Shown here: one piece after another, positions 1 through 11,289 of the stretch
Position numbering within the stretch: the first letter of the stretch is position 1
Layout of the letters: each line of letters begins with the position of its first letter
DNA from: Malacoraja senta
Lineage: Eukaryota
Length of the DNA: 64,000 nucleotides
Assembly (NCBI GenBank): GCA_038087875.1
Contig: CM075992.1
Span: 6,450,001 to 6,514,000, forward strand
Direction: 5' to 3'
Notes under the pieces: model-generated
Databases searched by the model: none
Told to the model about the DNA's origin: nothing
The model's input: the letters and a program-made list of their open reading frames with translations, nothing else
Program-made: the position numbers and the translations under genes

Positions 1-572
<572 letters not shown>

Positions 573-1879
573 CACTTCTAGAGATCGGGCATCGCTCAGT
601 CTATAGTTATAGGCAGCATGCTAGAGCCACTGCCTCATGGTGCCAGAGCCCCGGGTTCGATCCTGACCTCGGCTGCTGTCTGTGTGGGTGCGGATTTTGC
701 ACGTTCTCGCTGTGGAACGCGTGGTTTTCCTCCGGGTGGCTCCGGTTTCCGCCCACGTCCCACAGACGTGCGGGTTTGAAGGATAATTGGCCCTCTGTAA
801 ATTGCCTCTGGTGCGTAGGGAGTGATGAGAAAGGAAGAGGAACATCGGGACTGTGTTGAATACTTTTCTAACTTTGTCCGTGCCCTTTAGGTGGCCACTC
901 TTTGCATTCTTGTGTATTGAATGCAAAGCTAAGAATCTCACTGTACCAAGTACATGTGACTGTAAAATATATCAAAACTGGTGTGAATGGTTGGCATGGA
1001 ATCGATGGGCCGAAGGGCCTGTTTCCATGCTCTATCTTTAAACTGAATGATTGACTGACCTGGTTTTTTTTTTTGCATTAGTATTTTGGTTATTGATTTA
1101 TTGATTTATAATATGTTATTGTCTGTGCAGTATTGTGCTTACAGGCGTGTTATGCCGCTGCAAGTAAGAATTTAAATGTCCCGTTGTTGGTACATGTGAC
1201 ATTAGAACACTCTTGTCTCTCTTGAAGTGCCAATGGTAGAAATATCTAATGTGTAGGAAGGAACTGCAGATGCTGCTTTACACCGAAGATAGACACAAAG
1301 TGCTGGAGTAACTCAGCGGAACAGGCAGGATCTCTGGAGAGAAGGAATGGGTGACGTTTCTTTCTGAATCCTTTCTTCAGCCTTACTTTCAGTCTGAAGT
1401 AGGGTCTCGACCTGAAACGTCACCTATTCCCCCTCTCCAGAGATGCTGCCTGACCCGCTGTTACTCCAATATTTTGTGACTATCTTCGAAATTCCTTCCT
1501 ATTTCATTGCGTTCTCGCTCTCCCCAATCCTGAAGCTGTCCACAGCCGGATTTTATAATCAAACTAATCTCCTCTGCCTGAATGTGATCCATATCCTCCC
1601 CTCCCCCGGCATATCCACGTACCTATCTAAAAGCCTCTTAAATGCCACTATCGTGTCCGCCTCCACCGCCACATCTGGCAGTGCGTTCCAGGCCCCCACC
1701 GCCCTCTGTGTAAGAGAAGGAATGGGTGACGTTTCAGGTGGAGACCCTTCTTCAGGCTGTCTGAGCTAGACTAGTTAGTTGGGCCACTTGGCTGTGCCAA
1801 GCACCATGGAGCGTGAGGGTCGGAGAGAGTTGGCGATCTTTGGGATGTGGCCGCACTGACTCATCTTGTCTCTCCACAG

Positions 1880-1963
1880 TCACCGCCGGTCAAGGAAGAG
1901 GTAGACTCTCCCAGCGGCTCCCCGCTGTCTATCGACGGCGGTCACCATTTGGAAAGGCAGCAG
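1880..1963 (+). CDS. RNF220-like: RNF220-like E3 ligase, internal exon A (SPPVKEEVDSPSGSPLSIDGGHHLERQQ); upstream exons lie outside the window or were not found
   Basis: tctccacag| acceptor and |gtgagt donor, 84 nt, phase 0/0. Resembles RNF220 'IKREGESPTASPHS...HHSDRYQ'. Confidence 0.8.
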
Positions 1964-2084
1964 GTGAGTAGTGGGCTGTACGATGAGTGATGCACTTGAA
2001 TGTTTACCACATTCTCAAGAGCGCACTTTCCGAGGTTTAACGTGCAAAATCTTTATCCCCCTCCACTGCTAGGCCAAAGGGTTG

Positions 2085-2375
2085 GTTTAGTTTAGTTCGG
2101 AGATAGAGCACGGATAAGGCCCTTCGGCCCACCAAGTCCGTGCCGACCAGCGATCCCCGCACACTAACACTATCCTACACGCACTCGGGACAATTTCACC
2201 GCAGCCAATTAACCTACAAACCTGTACGTACGTCTTTGGAGTGTGGGAGGAAACCGAAGATGTCGGAGAAAACCTACGCGCTTACGGGGGAGAACGTGCA
2301 AACTCCGTACAGACAGCACCCGTAGACAGGATCGAACCCGGGTCTCTGGCGCAGTAAGGCAGCATCTCCACCGTG
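2085..2375 (-). mobile_element. HE1-like V-SINE; a further copy at ~2415-2750
   Basis: Reverse-complement match to the same SINE architecture. Confidence 0.82.
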
Positions 2376-3064
2376 TCACTCTCAAGGCTTCTCTGTGCCT
2401 TCGTAGCCTCACAGAGAGATACAGACACAATAAGAGGCCCTTCAGCCTATTCGAGTCCACACCAACCGGCCATTTACACCCGTCTTACATTAATCCCATT
2501 CCCTGCGTTCTCATCAACCCTGTCGTGATTCCACCGCTCTCCAACACACTCTGGGAGCATTTACAGAGGCCCAATAAACTACCAAACTTTAGGACTTTGG
2601 GATACGGGGGGGGAAACTGGAGCACCCGGAGAAAGCCCACGTGGACACAAGGAGAACGTGCAAACTCCACACTGGCTGTACCCAAGGTCAGGATTGAACC
2701 CGGGTCTGTGGTGCAATGAGGCAGCTGCTCTACCCACTGCCCCACTGTGCCGTTCATAACATCCATAATGTTCTGAATGCAAATCTCACCTGTAAGGCAG
2801 TGATAAGGTTAGCAGAGATCACGTACATCTCTGGGAGAGAGTACACTAACAGTGTATTCCTCACAAGGGATATATTATATCATCAATAACTCTTCCTTCA
2901 AGTCCCTCCTTAAGATAGGTCCTTCCTCTTACTTAGTTTAGTTAGTTCAGCATGGAAACAGGCCCTTCGGCCCAGTTTACTGTTCAAGTGCTAGATACCC
3001 AACCATTGGACATGTAGACACCCATACACGAAGTCTGTGACAACCAGCGATCCCTGCACACTAA

Positions 3065-3381
3065 TGGGGCTGTCCCACTGTACGAGCTAATTCAAGAGCT
3101 CTCCCGAGTTCCCCTGATTCGAACTCGGAGAATTACGGTGATAGCCGCTCGGAGGTACGCGGGGCTCTCGTGGACATTTTTCAACATGTTGAAAAATCTT
3201 CACGAGTCATCACGAGCTTACCGCGTTTCCCGAGTAACTGCCGTTAGCGTTACGAGCCGCTAAGAGACGTCCCCGAGCTCCGACGTACCCGCTACGTACA
3301 TTCTACGTGCTTACCACGAGTTTGATTTTTTTTAAACTCGGGAGAGCTCTTGAATTACCTCATACAGTGGGACAGGCCCCT
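3065..3381. mobile_element. Non-autonomous PIF/Harbinger-type MITE inserted into a V-SINE
   Basis: ~45-bp TIRs (GGGG(C)CTGTCCCACTGTA..GAG.TAATTCAAGAGCTCTCCCGAGTT); TAA TSD at 3062-3064 and 3382-3384; the SINE continues on both sides. Confidence 0.85.
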
Positions 3382-4016
3382 TAACACTATCCTACACACT
3401 CAAGTTTAAATTTATTGTCACAATTAAGGTACAGTCATATTTGCGTTACCATACAGCCATACTATGTAAAGAGCAACAAGACACACAGCTACATAAAATA
3501 ATATTTAACATAAATATCCACCACAGCGGATTCCACATTCCTCACTGTGATGGAAGGTAATAAGCTTCAATCATCTTCCTCGTTTGTTCACTCGTGGCCG
3601 GGGCTGTTGAACCCTCCGCAGTCGCCGCTGCCGACGTTCCGATGTCCAAAGCCGTCGCGTTGGGATGATGGAAACTCCGGCGTCGGGACGGATTGGAACA
3701 CTCCGCAGCGTGGAGCTCCCGAGATGGCCTCTTCTTACCGGAGACCGCGGGACAATTTTACCAAACCGATGAGCCTACAAACCTGTACGTCTTTGGAGTG
3801 TGGGAGGAAACCGGAGCACCCAGAGAAAACCCACACAGTCACAGGGAGAACGCACAAACTCTGTACAGACAGCACCCGCAGTTATAATCGACTCCCGGGT
3901 CTCTGCCGCTGTAATGCAGCAACTCTTCTGCTGTGCCACTTGTTGGGTACAGAAGTGGCTCCTGCATCTTCCAATGAACAATAACTACAACTATCCCTAT
4001 TTCTATGTCTCCACAG

Positions 4017-4059
4017 ACCTTTCAGCAAGTAAGAATTAACAGAGAGAGTCGGCGAAATG
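4017..4059 (+). CDS. RNF220-like: RNF220-like exon B (TFQQVRINRESRRN)
   Basis: ccacag| ... |gtgagt, 43 nt, phase 0/1. Matches RNF220 'TFLRVRANRQTRLN'. Confidence 0.88.
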
Positions 4060-5097
4060 GTGAGTCTTTAACACGGGAACACAGGTAAAAAAAATGCTGA
4101 GGATGTACACAAAATGCTGGAGTAACTCAATGGGTCAGGCAGCATCTCTGGAGAATTCAGAATCTGCCGCTACCACCACCGCCGGCCATCACCTGCACTC
4201 CCGCTGGCCGCAACCATCGACCATCCTCGCCTCTCTCTCGGCTACCGCACCCGGATTCCAGGCCCAGTCCCAGACCGAGAGTCTGAAGAAGGGTCTCGAT
4301 CCAAAACGTCACCTGTCCATGTTTCCAGAGATGCTGCCTGACCCGCTGAGTGATTCCAGCACTTTGTGTCCTTTTGCGTGTTAACCAGCAACTGTAGTTT
4401 AAGAAGGAACTGCAGATGCTGGAAAATCGAAGGTAGACAAAAGTGCTGGAGAAACTCAGCGGGTGCAGCAGCATCTATGGAGTGAAGGAAATAGGCAACG
4501 TTTCGGGCCGAAACCCTTCTTCAGTCTGAAGTCTATTTCCTTCGCTCCATAGATGCTGTTGCACCCGCTGAGTTTCTCCAGCACTTTTGTCTACCAGCAA
4601 CTGTAGTTGTTTGTTTCCACTGCTTACACAATCTTCTTCTTGTCGAGTCCACACGCAAGATTAGAAGTTGTCCAGCCAGAGCTGAACACACTTCTCGGCA
4701 TCTGCATCCAATGGTGTCTGTCTTGTGCTTCTTGTGTGTGGTGGTGGAAAGTTTGGTGGAAGCAGGGCCGCGACGTGAACGCTCTTTCCTTGACCCCACT
4801 TACACGATGATAATACCTCACTCTGTTATAGCGGACAATCAGCAATAACAGACAACACTATGGCCCATTATAACGAGGGTTTACTGTACAAGTGCTAGAT
4901 ACCCAACCATTGGACATGTAGGCACCCATACACCAAAGTCTCCATCGTCGATATATAAATGCAGTGGCAGAGGGACATTGGGGAGAGGGGGTGGGAAGAG
5001 TCCAAGGGTCGGGACCATGCTGTGCACCGGGCCCTGACCCCCTCTGCTGCCTCGTCTCACAGACACCATCTCATGTTGTGTTCTGTTCATCCTACAG

Positions 5098-5144
5098 CCC
5101 GAGCAAAGAGGTGCAAGCGGCCCAAACCTTCAGATGAGGACCAG
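5098..5144 (+). CDS. RNF220-like: RNF220-like exon C (ARAKRCKRPKPSDEDQ, basic NLS-like)
   Basis: cctacag| ... |gtacgt, 47 nt, phase 1/0. Matches RNF220 'ARIGKMKRRKQDEGQ'. Confidence 0.85.
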
Positions 5145-5851
5145 GTACGTGTGACTGACCGACTATAGAGGGAACGGTGGCCAAAAAACTCCTTGTAGAC
5201 CTGGCCGGGAAACATAAAGGCCCAACTTTAACCCCAAGCCCTCTTGAAGAAAGGAAGGGCAGAGGAGTGGGGGGGGGGGGGGGGGGTCATATTAATGCAG
5301 AACCATTTAGTTTAGTTTCATCATTTTGTGTAATTTAGTTTAGTCTAGATGTTCAGTTTAATTTAGTTTAGAAGTTTAATTTAATTTAATTTTAATTTAA
5401 TTTAATTTAAAGCAGAGTTATGCTTCATCTGATGGGATCAATTGCAGGCTTGATTTTTAACACCTCAACATTTTGTGACATTACCCCCCCCCCCCGCCCC
5501 CCCTCACTCGACTATAGCAGATAATCCACAATAACGGAACCAGCCCCCTCCCTGCCCATGGTCCATTGTGGCCAGGGGTTTGCTGCAGCTTAGTTGAGGT
5601 TATTCTCATCACGTGTACCGAGGTACAGTGAAAAGATTTTTTGTTGCGTGCTATCCAGTCAGCGGAAAGACTACGCAGGATTACAACTGAGCTGTCCACA
5701 GCCTCCATCGTCGATATATAAATGGCAGGCTCACTTATCCATGTTTGTGGTAGGGAGATGATGTGCGCGGTTCGCCCTCGTCTCCACCTCGTCGCGCTCG
5801 GTTTCGCGCGAGTCCGACGATTTTTGCCGCTCACTCCCTTCTGTTGCACAG

Positions 5852-5984
5852 GTCGCCGGCGCCTTTCCCAAGGATCCCAGATTCCCGGATACGGAGGAAG
5901 ACGGCTTCCCTGGGAATCAGCATGTGGAGTTCTCCTGGCAGAGCGTGGAGAGGAGCAACGCGCAGGCCTTCCCGGGGCTGAGAG
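5852..5984 (+). CDS. RNF220-like: RNF220-like exon D (VAGAFPKDPRFPDTEEDGFPGNQHVEFSWQSVERSNAQAFPGLR)
   Basis: ttgcacag| ... |gtaggg, 133 nt, phase 0/1, which is exactly the phase needed between exons C and E. EFSW...PGLRG weakly resembles RNF220 EYEW...GGFRG. Confidence 0.72.
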
Positions 5985-6019
5985 GTAGGGGGCAGCAGAG
6001 GGCTCTGCTGGTTCATTGC

Positions 6020-6348
6020 TGGCTAGGGTTGCTCCTGGGCCTGGCCAAGCTGGCCATCCACGAGTCACGGTGCCAGGCGGAAGAGGGCTCTGCCCGAACC
6101 GGTTGCCTACCCCTTTATCCGGGGTTACATCCGCGCCCGGGTGGTGCTAGAGAGGGACTACGCGCTGTCCACGGGCACCGCAGGGGGTTGAATGTATCAA
6201 TAAGGAGTGTAACATAGTTGTACAGTAGTTTATTTAGTATATTTGTTAGTCTTGTATTATGGTGGTGGGTTCTGTTTTGTTTTATTATATTGTAAATATT
6301 ATTTTTAATAATTGAATAAAATTTTTGATTAAAAAATAATTCAAAAAA
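6020..6348 (+). mobile_element. Tx1-like LINE 3' fragment
   Basis: LLLGLAKLAIHESR...ARVVLERDYALST (ORF2 C-terminus), T-rich UTR, AATAAA and an A-rich tail. Confidence 0.65.
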
Positions 6349-6413
6349 CAGGGGGCAGCACGGTGGGCAGCGGTAGAGTTGCTGCCTTACAGCGCAGCGG
6401 TAGAGTTGCTGCC

Positions 6414-7430
6414 TTTTTTTACCAAAAATAAATTTAATAAATGATTGCAATAATATATACAATACAATACAAAACAATACAAAACAAACGCACCCCCATA
6501 ATACAATAGACAATAGACCATAGGTGCAGGAGTAGGCCATTCGGTCCTTCGAGCCATTCAATGTGATCATGGCTGATCATCCCCAATCAGTACCCCGTTC
6601 CTGCCTTCTCCCCATATCCCCTGACTCCGCTATTTTTAAGAGCCCTATTTACCTCTCTCTTGAAAGTATCCAGAGAACCGGCCTCCACCGCCCTCTGAGG
6701 CAGAGAATTCCACAGACTCACCACTCTCTGGGTGAAGAAGTGTTTCCTCCACTCCGTTATAAATGGCTTACCCCTTATTCTTAAACTGTGGCCCCTGGTT
6801 CAGGACTCCCCCAACATCGGGAACATGTTTCCTGCCTCTAGCGTGTCCAAACCCTTAACAATCTTATATGTTTCAATGAGATTTCCTCTCATCCTTCTAA
6901 ACTCCAGAGTGTACAAGCCCAGCCGCTCCATTCTCTCAGCATATGACAGTCCTGCCATCCTGGGAATTAACTTTGTAAACCTACGCTGCACTCCCTCAAT
7001 AGCAAGAATGTCCTTCCTCAAATTAGGGGACCAAAACTGCACACAATACTCCCAATTATATAAACAAATTTACACTCTTAAACAACTATGCTACAATCCT
7101 AGTCAAGGATGCGTTCCACCCTCCGCTGTGCCCAGCGGTCCCGGAAATCCCCCAGGATGCCCGTGGACAGCGTGTAGTCCCTCTCTAACACCACCCTGGT
7201 GCGGACGTAACCCCGGTAAAGGGGCAGGCAGCCGGCTCGGGCAGAGCCCTCTTCCGCCTGGCCAGCTTGGCCAGGCCCAGGAGCAACCCAGCCAGGACAT
7301 CTTCGGCCCACCCTTTCCGCCATGCACAGGGTGTCCAAAGATGAAGGTGGTGGGTGAGGAGTGCAGCCAGAAGGCAAGGAGCAGCCCCTTTAGGTATTGA
7401 AACAGTGGCTGCAGCCTCACACACTCCATA
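6414..7430 (-). mobile_element. Second Tx1-like 3' fragment, inverted relative to the first, with a nested CR1
   Basis: LAGLLLGLAKLA...CLPLYRGYVRTRVVLERDY at ~7100-7400; its UTR is split by the CR1 at 6504-7052. Confidence 0.6.
6504..7052 (-). mobile_element. CR1 LINE 3' fragment
   Basis: QFWSPNLRKDILAIEGVQRRFTKLIPRMAGLSYAERMERLGLYTLEFRRMRGNLIETYKI; (CTATTGT)n tail. Confidence 0.9.
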
Positions 7431-7832
7431 TAGACAATAGACAATAGACAATAGGTGCTGGAGCAGGCCATTTGGCCCTTCGAGCCAGCACCGCCATTCA
7501 ATGTGATCATGGCTGATCAATAAGATCTCCTCTCGTGGAACCCAGACACGTGGAACCCAGAACCCAACAGTGGCAGGCGGCTGGCGAGTGTGTGAACCGT
7601 GAGAGAAACAGGTTGCAGGGGACTCCTCGGTGCAGTGCCCCCCACCACAGTTCCCCGATGTAGAGGGGGAGAATCCCTGCATAGAGGGACCCCCACTGGG
7701 GGCCACTCACGGCCATAAGGCAACACCGACCGACCGCCACTTTGTGTCGGGGCGGTGGACCAGGGCGAGGAATTGCCAGTGTTGCGGGTGTTACCGTCAG
7801 TGACCAGCTCCTGCTTTCCTCCTTTGTCACAG

Positions 7833-7929
7833 GGTCCAGGTCCCATCTGGCGCCAGGCCTGACAAACCGGGACAGTGAGGGTGATGTGGACACGGATGGG
7901 GACGAGCCGACACTCTTGTCCAAACTGAA
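7833..7929 (+). CDS. RNF220-like: RNF220-like exon E (GSRSHLAPGLTNRDSEGDVDTDGDEPTLLSKL), followed by a U12-type donor
   Basis: Polypyrimidine tract plus cag| acceptor; |GTATCCTTT donor; 97 nt, phase 1/2. DSEGDVDTDGDE resembles RNF220 DSDADLDVDGDD. Confidence 0.85.
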
Positions 7930-8983
7930 GTATCCTTTGTACCATTTCTTGCAGCCCCCGAGGGCGGCACGGTGGCGCAGCGGTAGAGTTGCTGCCTCAC
8001 AGCGCCAGGGACCCCGGTTCAACCCTGACCACGGGGTGCAGTCTGTACAGAGTTTGGAGGGAGGATGAGGTGAGGGTGTAGAGAGAGGGGGAGGGGAGGG
8101 TGTGGGGAGGGGGAGGTTATGGAGAGAGGTGAGAATGGTGAGAATGGTATGGGGAGAGGGAAGGGGGGAGGGTGGGGTGAGAGGGGAGGGGGTTAGTTTA
8201 GGCTATTGCCACACATACCGAGATACAGAGAAAAGCTTTTGTTGTGTGTTATCCAGTCAGCAGAAAGACAACAGAAAGTGGGTGTAGAGAGGGGAGAGGG
8301 GAGAGGGGAGGGGGAATGGGAGGGTGTGAGGAGAGGGGAGGGTGTGGGAGCGTGGAGGGGGGGTGGGGGAGAGGGAAGGGGAAGGTATGGGGAGAGGGGA
8401 GGGTGGAGGAGGGGAGTGGAGAGGAGAGGGAGGGTGGGGAGGGGAGGGGAGGGGAGGGGGAGGGGAGTGGAGGTGGGGATAGGGAGGGGAGGGTGTAGGG
8501 GAGGGAAGGGTCGTGGGGGAGGGGAGAGGAAGGAAGGGAGTGGGGGAGAGGAGAGGGGGAGGGTGGGAAAGGGAGGGGAGGGGGAGTGGAGAGGGGAGGG
8601 GGGGAGGGGGAGGGGGAGGGTGGGGAGGGAAGGGGAGGGGGAGGGGAGTGGAGGTGGGGATAGGGAGGGTGTAGGGAGGGGAGGGAAGGGTCGTGGGGGA
8701 GGGGAGGGGAAGGAAGGGAGTGGGGGAGAGGAGAGGGGGAGGGTGGGAAAGGGAGGGGGAGTGGAGAGGGGAGGGGGGAGGGGGGAGGGGGAGGGGAGGG
8801 GCAGGGGAGGGGAGGTGGGAGGGTGGGGAGGGGAGAGGGTGGGAGAGAGGGGAAGGGGGAGGGTACACATGAAGCGGGGCTGGGCAAACACCTCAGCCCG
8901 CTCCCCTTTCTCCCGTGACCTTCTAAGGGAGGCAGCTTCCCAGCTGTGCTCCAGCTGTGTCCTTGACCTGAACAACTGTGCAG
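7930..8983 (+). other. U12-type (minor spliceosome) GT-AG intron
   Basis: 5' splice site GTATCCTTT at 7930; branch-site-like TCCTTGAC at 8960-8967 just upstream of CAG (8981-8983); no polypyrimidine tract; reading frame preserved. Confidence 0.8.
8062..8865. repeat. G/A-rich low-complexity tract with internal duplication, inside the U12 intron
   Basis: GGGAG-rich runs; the block GGGAGGGAAGGGTCGTGGGGGAGGGGAG occurs twice, 180 bp apart. Confidence 0.9.
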
Positions 8984-9061
8984 ATGCCCAACAGCGGGGC
9001 GTGTGGAAGGCCAAGCACACAAGCTGATGGAGGCCCAGGATAAGGACAGCCCAACACTAAG
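8984..9061 (+). CDS. RNF220-like: RNF220-like exon F (KCPTAGRVEGQAHKLMEAQDKDSPTL)
   Basis: Follows the U12 branch site and AG; 78 nt open, phase 2/2; ends at AAG|GCAAGT (GC donor). Protein similarity is weak. Confidence 0.65.
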
Positions 9062-9481
9062 GCAAGTCCCTCTGTAGCTGCCTGAAGACCCAGCCACTGA
9101 GGTGGTGATGAGTCGAGAGAGTCAAGAGTGTTTTATTGTCATATGTCCCAGATAGAGCAAGACATTCTTACTTGATGCAGCACAACAGGATATGTAGACA
9201 TGGTACACTGTATACAATGTAATAAACCAGTAATAAAAAAGTTCAGTGTGTGTATAAATGCACGTACTCACAAATGTAGACGTGCGTGGGTTTTCTCCGA
9301 GATCTTCAGGTTTCCTCCCACATTCCAAAGGCGTACAGGTATGTAGGTTAATTGGCTTGGTAAATGTCCCTCAAAATTGTCCCTAGTGGGTGTAGGATAG
9401 TATTAATTTGCGGGGATCGCTGGTCGGCGGAGACTCGGTGGGCTGAAGGGCTAGTTTCCGCGCTGTATCTCTAAACTAAAT

Positions 9482-9517
<36 letters not shown>

Positions 9518-11289
9518 CACACGCACACACGTACACACAGATAAACAAACAAACAAATGCACCCGCTGAAGGTACACAAAAATGCTGGAGAAACTCAGCG
9601 GGTGCAGCAGCATCTATGGAGCGAAGGAAATAGGCTCCCGCTGAGTTCCTCCAGCATTTTTGTCTACCTTCGATTTTCCAGCATCTGCAGTTCCTTCTTA
9701 AACAAACAATAATGGTGTGGGAACTCTAACCCATAAACTGATGGCCCAGGTGCCGGGAGGAACTGCAGATGCTGGTTTACACCGAAGATAGATAAAAAAA
9801 AGAGTTGGAGTAACTCAGCGGAAATGCTCCCAACAAGGCAGGAGCAAAGGTAAGGGAAATGGGAAAATGGGTAGACACAAAATGCTGGAGTAACTCAGCG
9901 GGACAGGCAGCACCGCTGGAGAGAAGGAATGGGCGGAGTGCTGGGTCTGAAGAAATGGCTTTGACCAGGAACGTCACCCTTTCCTTCTCTCAGGCAGAGG
10001 TGCTGCCTGTCCCGCTGATTCACTCCAGCATGTTTGCGTCTATCTTCTCTCTCACTCAGGGGTCACTTCTTCTACAAGCAGCTAACGGGATGGTTCCACA
10101 GACAACAGAACATGGAACGTAGCCTCTCATACCTCAGTGATCATCTCCAGACCTGCCCAATGTTCTCCATATCTCTGCCTCCACTGCTTCTACAGCAGTG
10201 TCTTCCAAGTCTCACCACTCTCCAGGGTGAAAAAGACCCTCTTCCCCCCCCCTTGGATCTTCTCGAAATCTCTTGCCCCTTACCCTAATTCGATATGGGA
10301 GAGTCTCGGACCAGTGGCCACAGCCTCGCAATAAGATGTTGTCGTTTTAGAAAGGAGATGAGGAGAAGATAGACACAAACAGCTGGAGTAACTCAGCGGG
10401 ACGGGCGGCATCTCTGGAGAGAAGGAATGGGTGATGTTATCGGGTCGAGACCCTTACTCAGAGGGTGGTGAATCTGTGGAATTCATTCCGTCAGACGGCT
10501 GTGGAGGCCAAGACAATGGATATTTTACAGTGGGGATTAATGGATTCTTCATTAGTATGGGTGTCAGGGGTTATGGGGAGAAGGCAGGAGGATGGTGTTG
10601 AGAGGGAAAGATAGATCAGCCATGATTGAATGGCGGAGTAGCCTCGATGGGCCGAATGGGCTAATTCTGCTCCTAGGACTTATGAACATGATGTCCTATG
10701 GTTTTAATCACCTCTGATAAGAAGGAAGGTTTCGTGCAGCACTTCATGTCCGCACCCCTCAGAATTATATATGCTCTCTTAGCCTTCTTCCTCCCCAGTG
10801 AAAATAGAGCCAGCTTCTCCAGTCTCTCGTCATAAGTGAATCATTCCATCATAGGCAACATCCTCTCTCCAGCGCCATCACATCTTTCCTGCAGTGTGGA
10901 GACCAGAATTGTATGCAGTACTTCAGCAGAGGCCCAACCAATGCCTTCACAAAGATACACACGAAAAGCTGGAGTAACTCAGCGGGTCAGACAGCATCAA
11001 TGGGGGTGTCGACCTGAAACGTCACCTATTCCTTTTTCTCCGGAGCTGCTGCCTGACCCGCTGAGTTACTCCAGCATTTTGTGTCTTATCTTCAGTGTGA
11101 ACCAGACCATTGTTGGCTGTGGGCTAGGTGAAAATGAGTTACAGACAATGAGACTCAACAAGATGACTTTGAAGCTAACGCAACTGCATCTGCAGTTCCC
11201 TTCTACGCAATGCTTTCATTAGTTACAGGAGCAGAATTACGCCAATGGCAGAAGAGGTTTTGGACTGTTTTTGTGTTGTACATATTTTT

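Noticed and set aside
8193..9097. Pro-rich and Gly/Arg/Glu-rich ORFs, also at 69-575 and 38041-38843
   Set aside because: Low-complexity purine/pyrimidine tracts that lack stop codons by composition.
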